Source of the DNA: a virus
DNA: 64,000 nucleotides
UHGV virus genome: UHGV-0076294
Strand: one strand, 5' to 3'
Below, in pieces: positions 44,061 through 53,152 of this stretch (position 1 is the first letter of the stretch; each line of letters opens with the position of its first letter). A program made the position numbers and the translations under genes. The notes under the pieces were generated by a model. It searched no databases, had not been told where the DNA came from, and saw only the letters and a program-made list of their open reading frames with translations.

Positions 44061-44789
44061 GTGAGTGCGATTGAAACAGCCCGTCGTGATCCCACTAAGA
44101 TTCATGCGGACTTGGTAAATAACGGCACGGTCACCACTACCAAAGGGGGATGTTACATTTACATCCCCGTTGGGTTTGTGGCGAAAGAGTTGGCGGTTAT
44201 TTCTTCTACGGTAACGATTGTAGGTATTTTTGCTATCTCAACGGACCGTAAAACTTACGGGGTTTCCAGTGTCACTACACTGATTGAGATTACCCCAACG
44301 GCGTTTGAAGAGATTGACGTCTTTGGCGTCCCTTATTACGAATTTCGTTTTGACCCCGGCACAGTGGTTTTCCCCAACTGCAATTTACAGGTGTTATCCG
44401 CACCGATATACAACATTGCGTCGTATATTTACGACTTTGGTAACCGTCCTTTCTGGTTTACCGCTTACGACGATGCTGAACTATTAGCACCGGATAAGGT
44501 AAAGCGATGGAACGGTTTTACTGTATTTGCCGATCAGATTACCGCTGACGTTTATGCTGCACACACGCAGCGTAAAGTGGGTGATCCAAAAACGTTTTTC
44601 CGTTACACCTTGAAAAAAGACAGTGACTTAAACAACCCTGTCCAATTCATCCCACTACGTAGTGGGTCTCTTAACAAAACGTCGAGACTGGCGAAGCTTG
44701 CAGACGTAGAACTGAAACGTGGTATTCGTTCTGCACTACAAGTTGACCCAGTACGTGCCGAACCGCTCGAAGATTTGTTTATGAGGTAA
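44061..44789 (+). CDS. hypothetical protein, possible head/virion protein (position-based)
   Basis: GTG 44061 lies 5 nt after SD GGAGG; the track start GTG 44055 overlaps the SD itself. 242 aa. Confidence 0.7.
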   Translation: MSAIETARRDPTKIHADLVNNGTVTTTKGGCYIYIPVGFVAKELAVISSTVTIVGIFAISTDRKTYGVSSVTTLIEITPTAFEEIDVFGVPYYEFRFDPGTVVFPNCNLQVLSAPIYNIASYIYDFGNRPFWFTAYDDAELLAPDKVKRWNGFTVFADQITADVYAAHTQRKVGDPKTFFRYTLKKDSDLNNPVQFIPLRSGSLNKTSRLAKLADVELKRGIRSALQVDPVRAEPLEDLFMR

Positions 44790-44820
44790 TTTACCTTTTT
44801 ACTTTCACTCGGGGAAAACA

Positions 44821-45624
44821 ATGGACAACTTGACCCTACGTTACAATTGCGTAGCGTTAGCCGGTGTTAATGCTCCAGCCACTCTGGAGAAAGACGCGGA
44901 TGGTTATTACCGCGTATTATTGGGTGCTCTGAATATTTTTAACTCGGAAGGGATTTTCTACGCCTATAACGAGTCTAAGCACGTATTCGAGCGCTCTAAC
45001 ATTTTCATGCGTAAAGTAAAAGCCGGTAACCTGTTCGGGGAAGAAGACCACCCTGCACCAGAACCGGGAATGACCGAAGCGCAGTGGATTGACCGTAACG
45101 AATGGATTGAGACGAAAAACGTCTGTATGCACATTCGTGAAGTCGAAGTTATTCCAACCGATCAGACCTGTAACGGTTTGCCAGTAATGGAAATCTGGGG
45201 CTGGATTAAACCGAACCGTGAACGTGGTCCGTATCTGGCAGAAGCGTTAGAGAATCCACATCAAAACGTTTGCTTCTCTCTGCGTGCTATCGTACGTGAA
45301 GGGTATGTTGGTGGGGTGAAAACGCGTCGTCTGGATCGTCTGGTCACCTTCGACTGGGTTATCGAAGATGGGCTTCAGATTTGCAACAAATACTCCGCGA
45401 TTCAGCGTGGTAGCAAAGTGGCTCAGGAATCTACCCGTGTCCTGCTGGACCGTCGTGTATCGCTTCAGGCGCTGGAAGACATCCTGCGTAATCCAAACAC
45501 CACTTCAACTATCGCAACGGAATCTCGTCGCGGTGAAGTCCGTGCTTTGGCTCAGGAGTATCTGGCAATTGCCAACAAACGCACTAACCTGCGTGTTATG
45601 GGCTTAGGGAACGGGAAGTGGTAA
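44821..45624 (+). CDS. prohead core protease (T4 gp21 / phiKZ gp175 type)
   Basis: 267 aa. NSEGIFY, LFGEEDHP (cf. T4 gp21 LGELNHP) and VCFSLRA (cf. GVSSRG) appear in the same order as in gp21. Confidence 0.65.
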   Translation: MDNLTLRYNCVALAGVNAPATLEKDADGYYRVLLGALNIFNSEGIFYAYNESKHVFERSNIFMRKVKAGNLFGEEDHPAPEPGMTEAQWIDRNEWIETKNVCMHIREVEVIPTDQTCNGLPVMEIWGWIKPNRERGPYLAEALENPHQNVCFSLRAIVREGYVGGVKTRRLDRLVTFDWVIEDGLQICNKYSAIQRGSKVAQESTRVLLDRRVSLQALEDILRNPNTTSTIATESRRGEVRALAQEYLAIANKRTNLRVMGLGNGKW

Positions 45625-46263
45625 ATGGCTGATAATGTCGAACCTTCGCTGGTAAAGTGGTTGGAGCAACAGTTGCCACGTACCGCGAAAAAAGTTTCGT
45701 TGAAAAAACTGGATACTGCTCCACTCCATATCAGCGATAAAAAAATCCCGGTCTTTACGCCCAGGATTCCTCATAGCGTTTACAGCGACGAAGACAAAAC
45801 GGTTCCCCGTATTTGTTGTTCTGTCGATTTAGAAAAATGTTTGCGCGGCGTTCGACGTTACTTCGTACCGAGTCCTTATGAGGACCTGAGACACCGTTAC
45901 TATCTTCATGCATTTGATGAGCGCGACGTTGTTCAACCATCGGTAGAACTCTCAAGTGAACCTTTCCGTGCGAACGAGGTTTGGATTGTTCCACATCGTT
46001 TATCGAACTGGGAAATTAAACCCACCGTTATCGGTGAGTTGCGTTTAGTTCGATTAGCAGATAACGGATATAAACACACACTCGCTGTTGCATTACACGA
46101 AGACGTTCGTTTAAACAGTAACCAGCTGTTAAAGGCAGGTAAGTTTTACGAAATCACGGTGACTATCTCTGAACGGGAACCGTTGATTGTTGTTAGTGAT
46201 GCGACAGAAATCTCGCGTGGTATTTTTGACGCTGCGTTAAACGAATACACTGTAACTCCATAA
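45625..46263 (+). CDS. hypothetical protein
   Basis: 212-aa ORF starting immediately after the protease stop. Confidence 0.75.
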   Translation: MADNVEPSLVKWLEQQLPRTAKKVSLKKLDTAPLHISDKKIPVFTPRIPHSVYSDEDKTVPRICCSVDLEKCLRGVRRYFVPSPYEDLRHRYYLHAFDERDVVQPSVELSSEPFRANEVWIVPHRLSNWEIKPTVIGELRLVRLADNGYKHTLAVALHEDVRLNSNQLLKAGKFYEITVTISEREPLIVVSDATEISRGIFDAALNEYTVTP

Positions 46264-46312
46264 TCGCCCAGTTCATGGTCTGCAACCCGAATTTGTCGAT
46301 TGTGAGGGAAGC

Positions 46313-46612
46313 ATGAAAGTGGTTAACATTGCCATACCTCCGACTTTGCAAACTTTAACGCCTGAGGAATTGAAAGCACTAACAATCTTTGCCGTCCAAG
46401 GACGTGCAGGAAAGGAGGTGCTTTCCGAAATACTCGCTGAACGTTTCGACACCAAACGTAAAGTAAACAACATTGTCGCAGGTATTTCACAACAAGATAT
46501 CGCAAAGTTTTATTGCGACGTCCGTAAAGCTGGAACCGAAATCGACTTTACGCGTACGTATCTCTTGTTAACTGAACCTTGTCGGTTCATTCTTTCGATT
46601 AAGCAGTCTTAA
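46313..46612 (+). CDS. hypothetical protein
   Basis: 99-aa ORF, SD GAGGGAAG. Confidence 0.65.
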   Translation: MKVVNIAIPPTLQTLTPEELKALTIFAVQGRAGKEVLSEILAERFDTKRKVNNIVAGISQQDIAKFYCDVRKAGTEIDFTRTYLLLTEPCRFILSIKQS

Positions 46613-46670
46613 TTTTTTACAATTTCTACCGTTTACTGTGTCGGAGGAAAATTACAAAGGATAACCAAAT

Positions 46671-47222
46671 ATGTTTAATTTAGACAGCGACGGCGTTTTC
46701 GCAAACTGGCGTGGTTACGTTTTGGAACACCACCTTAAAGGAATGAGTATAGAAGAATTTCACGGAATGCCAGAGTTGCATCGTCGTGCTTTGATGCGGG
46801 AAATCTATTTAAACGACCCGGATCTTTTTTATAAACTAGACCCGATACCCGAGGCCGTTAAAATCCTCGAAACAGTAGAAAGTCTGGGAGAATGTTGGGC
46901 GATTTTAACGTCAGGTTCAGAAGATCATTTCGACCACGACCGTGTTGTAGAAAGCAAAAAATTATTCTTCGAAAAACACTTCGGTGTCCCTGGCCATAAA
47001 GTCATCGTGACAACTTCCTCTGCGGAGAAAGCGACCTACGCGGAGAAGGGAAGATTGTTGGTTGACGATTATGGTCGTAATTGCCGTGAGTGGGTGTTAA
47101 AGGGCGGGACCGCAATTTATACGCGGACGAACGAACCTGAAGTCGATGCGATTTGCCGACAAATCAGGACGTTTGCAGAAAGTCCCTTAGAATACTCAGG
47201 TCAAATTTTGTGCGTGCAGTAA
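46671..47222 (+). CDS. HAD-family 5'(3')-deoxyribonucleotidase
   Basis: 183 aa. Motif I FNLDSDGVFANW, motif II AILTSG, motif III/IV K..(GRLLVDDYGRN), as in the NT5C-type phage/bacterial nucleotidases. Confidence 0.6.
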   Translation: MFNLDSDGVFANWRGYVLEHHLKGMSIEEFHGMPELHRRALMREIYLNDPDLFYKLDPIPEAVKILETVESLGECWAILTSGSEDHFDHDRVVESKKLFFEKHFGVPGHKVIVTTSSAEKATYAEKGRLLVDDYGRNCREWVLKGGTAIYTRTNEPEVDAICRQIRTFAESPLEYSGQILCVQ

Positions 47223-47229
47223 AACCTTT

Positions 47230-47270
47230 CGGGTAGTCTATCCAGTGGATAGACTACCCTACCTATTTTT
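47230..47270 (+). terminator. rho-independent terminator
   Basis: 13-bp stem GGGTAGTCTATCC agt GGATAGACTACCC, then TACCTATTTTT. Confidence 0.75.
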
Positions 47271-47290
47271 AACCCTATTGAAAAATATCT

Positions 47291-47315
47291 TAGATATATA
47301 TTACTTAGGTGAGCG
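47291..47315 (+). promoter_or_regulatory. promoter-like motif, copy 3 (variant): TAGATATATATTACTTAGGTGAGCG
   Basis: Just after the terminator at 47230, 50 nt upstream of ATG 47365. Confidence 0.4.
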
Positions 47316-47364
47316 TTGTAGAATTACACGCTATTCGACTTGTTAACCTAAAGGAGTATTAAAG

Positions 47365-47754
47365 ATGAAAAACGAATTATTCAAAGACCCGTTTGTTGTA
47401 TTACTGATTTCTACTCGTGCTATCATGCGTCCAGATGACCTGGAACGATTAATTACAGACGAAGCTTATCTGTGCGAGCAGCGTGACAAACTACTGAACA
47501 AAGAATGTCCAGATGAGTTAATCGAACCTTTTGTACGTATCATTCGCGATGAAGAATGGCGTAAAAAAAATCAACTGTCTGAAAACATCGCCGTATCAGT
47601 TGGATGTCTGTTTATGGTTTTTAAGTTCGACAAAGACATCTGGTACCTCTTTACTGACGAAGAACGCAAAGTCTTAATGGACGATCTTCAACTTGCCACA
47701 AAACGTGTTAACAAATTCGTCGCTAACCGTACGCAGGTAAATCTGGAAAGATAA
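47365..47754 (+). CDS. hypothetical protein (tandem paralog C1)
   Basis: 129 aa. FKDPFVVLLIS and FVRIIRDEEWRKKNQL align with the next ORF. Confidence 0.75.
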   Translation: MKNELFKDPFVVLLISTRAIMRPDDLERLITDEAYLCEQRDKLLNKECPDELIEPFVRIIRDEEWRKKNQLSENIAVSVGCLFMVFKFDKDIWYLFTDEERKVLMDDLQLATKRVNKFVANRTQVNLER

Positions 47755-47755
47755 A

Positions 47756-48145
47756 ATGGAATGGTCAAAAGAACTTATCGAGGTCTGTCGTGACCCGTTC
47801 ACACTGTGGTTACTGTGCAGCTTACGACGTGACGACAGATTCTATACTTTCGTCAAAGACCCACAAGCGTTAGCCAATCACGTAAAACGTGAGGAGACGC
47901 GTTTAGAGACGCTTAAAGAGGAAAGTAATACCCTAGAACCAGCTGATGCGTTTTATGTCCGTATGATGTCTCCTACGTGGCGTAGAACGCATCGGTTAAA
48001 GGCACCGACGTTAGCAGATATGGTACAAGAACTTGCCCGAGCGGTGAGTTCTGACCATCTGCTCTATCGGAATATCATTCAACAACCTGACAGTTGGCAC
48101 GACTTACGTCTGATGTTAATCCGCTGTCAGTTCACTTTCTCCTAA
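47756..48145 (+). CDS. hypothetical protein (tandem paralog C2)
   Basis: 129 aa. CRDPFTLWLLCS and FYVRMMSPTWRRTHRL. Same length as C1, 1-nt spacer. Confidence 0.75.
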   Translation: MEWSKELIEVCRDPFTLWLLCSLRRDDRFYTFVKDPQALANHVKREETRLETLKEESNTLEPADAFYVRMMSPTWRRTHRLKAPTLADMVQELARAVSSDHLLYRNIIQQPDSWHDLRLMLIRCQFTFS

Positions 48146-48166
48146 TCGACATGTAAGGTTTTATAA

Positions 48167-48838
48167 ATGGAAGCTATCGAAATTAACAAATTCTGGGAAC
48201 AAGTCATTGCTCAATTCCGCGATTTCTATCGCTACACAGACAGCGCCCACCGTATTGACCACATCCAGTCAGTGAAGTCTAATGCCATCCGCATTGCTTA
48301 TCTGCTGGGTGAGTCTAAGCACCTTAAAAATATCCTGGTCGCTGTTGCGGCACATGACATATTCTCAACTAAAGCCGATCGTGCTTCCCATCACATCAAA
48401 GCCTTCAACTACGTTCTGGATTCTGCGCCGATTCTAAAACGTCGCTTTAAGCTTACCTGTGATGACGTTACCGAGATAGCTTACGCGGTACTAGAACATC
48501 GCAGTTCACACAAAGGCGGGTACAACTCTATCGTATCCGAAATTGTCGCGGCTGCGGATCGTGGTATCCCTTCTATCGATGAAGTGAAAAATTACATGTA
48601 CCGCTCTTACTTATACGCACGTGACCATGGAAAATCCATTACCGATTCGAAGTTCCATGCGATTCGTCACGTACAAGAAAAGTTCGGTCGCAATGGCAAA
48701 TCTCGCGTTCCAGAATGGTACGAGAAACTCTTCGCGAAAGAGATTCTGGAACGTCAAGAGTACGTAGAGATGCTCGGCCTCGAGCACTTTACTTTTGAAA
48801 TCACCAACGACTTAGAAAGTCGTATCCAAAACCAGTAA
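48167..48838 (+). CDS. HD-domain phosphohydrolase
   Basis: 223 aa. H..H...(x27)..AAHDI metal-binding pattern (AHRIDHIQSV...VAVAAHDIFS), later LEHRSS and AAADRG. Confidence 0.55.
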   Translation: MEAIEINKFWEQVIAQFRDFYRYTDSAHRIDHIQSVKSNAIRIAYLLGESKHLKNILVAVAAHDIFSTKADRASHHIKAFNYVLDSAPILKRRFKLTCDDVTEIAYAVLEHRSSHKGGYNSIVSEIVAAADRGIPSIDEVKNYMYRSYLYARDHGKSITDSKFHAIRHVQEKFGRNGKSRVPEWYEKLFAKEILERQEYVEMLGLEHFTFEITNDLESRIQNQ

Positions 48839-48859
48839 TAACCTGAAGGAATAAAACTA

Positions 48860-49342
48860 ATGGCTAAAGTAACTTCTATCAAAGACCTGGCTGCAATGAT
48901 CGATGCACTGGAAACTCCGGCAATGACCATGAACGACGACCTGGTGGTCAACGCTGACCCGATGGTAAAAATTTATGAAGAAACGCTGCCGGTTATCAAA
49001 GTTAACGATACTGACTATCGCTTAACGCTGAAAGACGCCGACGCGGTTCGTCAACACGATGCTAACTTCCTGGAAGTGTACGGGAAAGTCGCTTCTGGTC
49101 TGATTGTGGAAAAAGCGAAAGCCGATGCTGAGATGGCCGCGATGAACATCACCACCGAAATCGGCAACGCATCGTTCTCCACGGTGTTCTCTCGCCCGAC
49201 CGGGGACACCATCAGCCAGAAAGAATGGGCTGCATCCATCGGTTTCGGTTACGGTGTGCCGAAGTCTAAAGCACTGGAAGGCAAACTTCGTAAGCAATTC
49301 GCTGCGGACATGATGGCTTCCGATGACGAAGACGACGAATAA
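48860..49342 (+). CDS. hypothetical abundant-looking protein with acidic C-terminal tail (SDDEDDE)
   Basis: 160 aa, SD GAAGGA, strongly biased codon choice. Followed by a 155-nt structured region and a strong terminator. Confidence 0.8.
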   Translation: MAKVTSIKDLAAMIDALETPAMTMNDDLVVNADPMVKIYEETLPVIKVNDTDYRLTLKDADAVRQHDANFLEVYGKVASGLIVEKAKADAEMAAMNITTEIGNASFSTVFSRPTGDTISQKEWAASIGFGYGVPKSKALEGKLRKQFAADMMASDDEDDE

Positions 49343-49528
49343 GGTTGCGATACTCGGAGGGAAGGTAAAACATACCTATATCCCTCCTACACCGATTAAC
49401 CCTACGGCCTGGCAGAATCCACTCTCCAGAACGCTAGGGTTACCTAAACCGATTGACGGTTTGGTGTATCTGTCGCATCGACGGAGAAAATAAAAGTTAA
49501 GGCGGTTTTATGACCGCCTTATTTTTTT
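49343..49528 (+). other. structured 3' region / candidate small RNA ending in an intrinsic terminator
   Basis: Hairpins at 49356-49387 (GGAGGGA AGGTA aaaca TACCT ata TCCCTCC), 49398-49441 (AACCCTA...TAGGGTT with inner CTGG/CCAG) and 49446-49462 (AAACCG attga CGGTTT). Direct repeat ACCGATTRAC at 49391 and 49448. Terminator at 49498-49528. Confidence 0.35.
49498..49528 (+). terminator. rho-independent terminator
   Basis: 9-bp stem TAAGGCGGT tttatg ACCGCCTTA followed by T7. Confidence 0.85.
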
Positions 49529-49546
49529 GATCTCAGGAGATATAAA

Positions 49547-50107
49547 ATGTCAAACCCTAACCTTTTTGGTGGGCCTGTTACGCCAGGACATCAGATTGTC
49601 GACGATGTAAAACCGTTACCTAACGTCATGACGCGTACTGAGGTTATTAATCGCCTAAACCAAATCGGTGAAGTTTTTACACTGTCAATGAAATCTGTGT
49701 TGGAAGATGCGTTCCCACACATTGCAGGCTGGCCTGCTGAAACCATCCCCCACACCATCAACGGGTACCAACGTTTCCTGACTGAAATCAGATCAACGGC
49801 TTCGGGTAACATTATCGCCGGTTTTGTTATTCGTTTCAAACAGTTACTGTTAATCGAATTCGGTAAAGACGTTATCGATTCCCTTGAACGTGAACTGGTT
49901 TCGTTACACGACAACGAAATCGTACGTAACGAAAAAGGTGAGGGTTCCAACGGATTAACACTGTGGAAACTCGCTTATCCTGACGATATCACCAACACCC
50001 CACCGACCACTTACGATTTAATTTCAACCTTCCTGTTGTTGATGCAGATGAAAAACTTAATCATCCGTGCATCCGCATCGAAAGTCCTAGGAACGGAAGA
50101 AAAATAA
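49547..50107 (+). CDS. hypothetical protein
   Basis: 186-aa ORF, SD CAGGAG; followed by a bidirectional terminator. Confidence 0.75.
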   Translation: MSNPNLFGGPVTPGHQIVDDVKPLPNVMTRTEVINRLNQIGEVFTLSMKSVLEDAFPHIAGWPAETIPHTINGYQRFLTEIRSTASGNIIAGFVIRFKQLLLIEFGKDVIDSLERELVSLHDNEIVRNEKGEGSNGLTLWKLAYPDDITNTPPTTYDLISTFLLLMQMKNLIIRASASKVLGTEEK

Positions 50108-50112
50108 AAAAG

Positions 50113-50153
50113 TACCTACCTCCATTACGGAGGTAGGTAAACTTATTTTTTTC
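50113..50153. terminator. bidirectional terminator; same stem family and same 5' flank (AAAAGTACCTACCTCC) as 26405
   Basis: TACCTACCTCC attac GGAGGTAGGTA, then AACTTATTTTTTT; between convergent genes. Confidence 0.8.
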
Positions 50154-51029
50154 TTAACGAAGCTGATTGGCCATCTGCTCGTCGGACACAGAACGATAAC
50201 CGCCAGCCGTAGCATCGACGTCTGGGTTGATACCGTCGGTCTGTTGAGACGGAGTGAGCCACAGTTTGCGCTCGTAAGGACGCAGACCGTACAGTTTCAT
50301 ACGTTCCAGTTCCTTCTGCGCTGCCTGCATCGGACCCCAACCTGTCCATTGCTGGGAGGTAAAGGTGATGGACAGTTCGTTAGTTTGCGGACCGGTGTTC
50401 GGGTCACGTTCACCGATATCCTGACCGTTAGACTCAGGAGCCATGTTGGTCAGCCACCATGCGTTCTGCGGTTTACGCTGATACGCATCCGGTTCGAAGT
50501 ACAGCACAGTCATGCTGTACATATCCGGCAGGTGGTCAGGAACGTTCGGGTTGATTGCCGCCAGACCAGGGTGGCCTGTGTGCGGGTCACAAACACCGTA
50601 TACCAGCCACGCCCAGAGCATGTTCTGATACACTTTACCCAGTTTATCCGGGGTAGTGTGCGTAACAGAAGACAGAGCTTCCGTTACCAGACCAGCTTCA
50701 TACTGGACGCGGTTGTTACGACCCTGTTGGGTCTGCACGTACTCAGCACTCAGGGATTTATCCAAACCGGTAATCGTGGTGTGAACCTCGATAAACGATT
50801 TGATTGCCTGACGCCACAATTGTGGGTTCGGCATGTAATCAACCCAGCGAGGGAATTCCATCACACGGGCGATTACGTTACGACGCAGACGGTGGGCGTT
50901 GGTAACAAACTTACCAACCTGTCCGACCGGACCGTTTTGACCCGAGCTGAACGGGTTGACCATGTCGTACTGACCACCGTCAACATGCAAGCCCTGGTCA
51001 GGTAAAATCATGCGTTCTTTGATGGACAT
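50154..51029 (-). CDS. putative tail tube protein (position and size as phiKZ gp30)
   Basis: 291 aa with very strong codon bias, 3 nt downstream of the 685-aa gene. The assignment rests on gene order and size only. Confidence 0.4.
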   Translation of the reverse strand: MSIKERMILPDQGLHVDGGQYDMVNPFSSGQNGPVGQVGKFVTNAHRLRRNVIARVMEFPRWVDYMPNPQLWRQAIKSFIEVHTTITGLDKSLSAEYVQTQQGRNNRVQYEAGLVTEALSSVTHTTPDKLGKVYQNMLWAWLVYGVCDPHTGHPGLAAINPNVPDHLPDMYSMTVLYFEPDAYQRKPQNAWWLTNMAPESNGQDIGERDPNTGPQTNELSITFTSQQWTGWGPMQAAQKELERMKLYGLRPYERKLWLTPSQQTDGINPDVDATAGGYRSVSDEQMANQLR

Positions 51030-51032
51030 CTA

Positions 51033-53090
51033 TTAGCTCTCCGTACTGTCGCGACGATAAACTTTGATCGTCGTGTTGAACTGCGTCAACAGTACACCGC
51101 CTTCAGCTTTAATGTCCAGCGTGATGGAATAGCCGTTAGCTTTGTCATCCGCTGTCATGTACGCACTCGGAGTAATGTTGGCAATACTATCCAGGCGACC
51201 TTCCAAACGCTCGGTGATTTTGTTCTCAATCATTTTCGCGCGTTCGTCGTCCGTCATACGGCTCTCACCGGACATATCTGCCCAAACTTGATCACTGACA
51301 CGATAAACGTAGGTCATGATGAAGTTAAACAGTGCGTTATTCAGCACTGAACGTTCTTCGCTATAGATGGACTGAAGTGCTGGGATGAACAAACGATAGT
51401 AGTCGCGGGAACGTGCAGTAACCAGTGACACATCCCAGTCGGATGCGTAAATCTCGTTACCTTTCCACGGCATACTCAGATCGTACAGATCTTCGATAAT
51501 CGTCTCTTCACCACGGCTGAAGCGATAAGCAGGTTTAGCGCGACCTTCACCGGAACCCAAATACTTCGAGAAGAAGTTCGCGATGCTGTAACACATCGGA
51601 ACCGGTTTCTTGTAAGAGGAGTTACGGATGTAAGCGTCCTGACCACAAATCATCCCACGGCACGCTGGGGTACCGTAATAAGACGATTCAGGTACAGACG
51701 TGATCATTTCGATCAGCGCTGTCTTCACGTTCTCTTCCGTTTGCAGATCGTTACGACCTTGATTGTAAACGTGGGTGCAAAGAGTCAGGAACGTGTTACG
51801 AGAACGACCGATGAAGTTCGTCAGGGCTTTCTTGGTATCCATGCTGAAGCCGGAGTCCCAGAAGCAACCCAGAGAGTATTTCAGTTCGTTATCGTAGCGG
51901 ACTTTACCGCCGTCCGGGAACAGAGACATTTCACGGCGAACCAGTTCGTCGTAAACATCGTTGTTCATGGTCCCGTTACTACCGCCTTGCAGGTAGTGGA
52001 TATTCGAAGCAGAGAAAACAATTTTACCTACTTCTTCAGACGGGTTAACTTGTAAACCGTCGTAGAGCTGACCGGTTAAGTCAACGCCACCGAAAATATC
52101 GACCATATACGGATCGGTAATTGCCGGTTTTGCGTTTTGAATCTTAGATTGGGCCAGTTTCAGCACCGTTTCCAGGTTTTCACGGTAGATGTAAAACTCT
52201 TCGAACGGGCCGTAATCCGGCAGACCACCGATATCCGGCATCGTCTGACGATACGCATCTGGAACGACGACTTCGAAGTCCAGCTGGGTGCTCATCGGCT
52301 GATAGTATGCATCGGGCTTGAAGCTAACATTGATGCTGCTAAGACCTTTGAGGGTCTTCCAAATCACCGGTGATGTTACCCCTGCTAAGGTCTCGAACCA
52401 TTGCAGTGCGTACATACGTCCGCCTACATTCGTCTGATAAGCAGACGCAATAGACGGGCTGGATTTTTCGTTCAGCGGAACCAGTTTGAAACCAAATCCG
52501 TTGACATCAGAACCCGCGTACGGACCTTTGATATCAAAAATCGGATAGAGTTTTGATTTCGCCTGAGTCTCGGTATCAGTCATCGTACCTTCGGTGACGG
52601 TGCCCGCTTTTACGTTGCTGACATCATCGATGACGGACAGTCGGAAGACGATTTTCAGACCGTCTACCTGTTCTTTGACTTTCGGCTTACCGCTTACGTC
52701 GTACTGAATCGCGCCGTTCTCACGCTCATAAGCGGGAACTTTCGTTTCCAGTACGTCAGCAACCAGACGGATAGCTGCGGTTTTCGCATCATCCGGTACC
52801 AGGCGCTGATACATGCAATCGTTACCGTTAGCGTTGAACATCGCCTGGAAAGGTGTGTTAAACGTCGCGTAATCGCCACGCAGGTCGAACAAATCGCGAC
52901 CAAGCAGAGACAATGCATTATCCCCGGATAACGGGAACGCCTCGTCGTCTACCCCGCGTGAAGCAAAGGTGAAGATCAGCGGCTTATGAATCGGATCACC
53001 CGTGGGGGTCCGAACAAGCTCAGGGACAGAATTGTCCTGCCACCCCTGCTTGTTATTCAACGGCGCGCCGTTTCGTGGAATAAAACTCAT
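51033..53090 (-). CDS. putative tail sheath protein (position and size as phiKZ gp29)
   Basis: 685 aa with very strong codon bias, SD GGAG 8 nt upstream. A major structural gene by expression signature. Sheath versus another major virion protein cannot be resolved by eye. Confidence 0.45.
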   Translation of the reverse strand: MSFIPRNGAPLNNKQGWQDNSVPELVRTPTGDPIHKPLIFTFASRGVDDEAFPLSGDNALSLLGRDLFDLRGDYATFNTPFQAMFNANGNDCMYQRLVPDDAKTAAIRLVADVLETKVPAYERENGAIQYDVSGKPKVKEQVDGLKIVFRLSVIDDVSNVKAGTVTEGTMTDTETQAKSKLYPIFDIKGPYAGSDVNGFGFKLVPLNEKSSPSIASAYQTNVGGRMYALQWFETLAGVTSPVIWKTLKGLSSINVSFKPDAYYQPMSTQLDFEVVVPDAYRQTMPDIGGLPDYGPFEEFYIYRENLETVLKLAQSKIQNAKPAITDPYMVDIFGGVDLTGQLYDGLQVNPSEEVGKIVFSASNIHYLQGGSNGTMNNDVYDELVRREMSLFPDGGKVRYDNELKYSLGCFWDSGFSMDTKKALTNFIGRSRNTFLTLCTHVYNQGRNDLQTEENVKTALIEMITSVPESSYYGTPACRGMICGQDAYIRNSSYKKPVPMCYSIANFFSKYLGSGEGRAKPAYRFSRGEETIIEDLYDLSMPWKGNEIYASDWDVSLVTARSRDYYRLFIPALQSIYSEERSVLNNALFNFIMTYVYRVSDQVWADMSGESRMTDDERAKMIENKITERLEGRLDSIANITPSAYMTADDKANGYSITLDIKAEGGVLLTQFNTTIKVYRRDSTES

Positions 53091-53152
53091 GGAACGTCTC
53101 CATATTCAGTCTTTAAGACCTTGAAAAAGGGTCATACTAAGGTATCATACTC

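Noticed and set aside
49343-49546. tRNA gene in the structured intergenic region (and likewise in 63299-64000)
   Set aside because: There is no GTTCRANYC T-loop box, no GG D-loop context and no cloverleaf of the right dimensions. The hairpins are consecutive rather than nested around an acceptor stem.
1166-50153. Repeated identical hairpin stems as a possible CRISPR-like or REP-like array
   Set aside because: The copies are dispersed (kilobases apart), each sits exactly at a gene 3' end with a U-tract, and there are no regularly spaced unique spacers. They are terminators.
50244-51005. 253-aa plus-strand ORF
   Set aside because: It lies entirely antisense to the strongly codon-biased tube-like gene (50154-51029) and has no SD. 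It is Arg/Val/Thr-rich, as expected from reading biased codons backwards. It looks like an antisense artefact.
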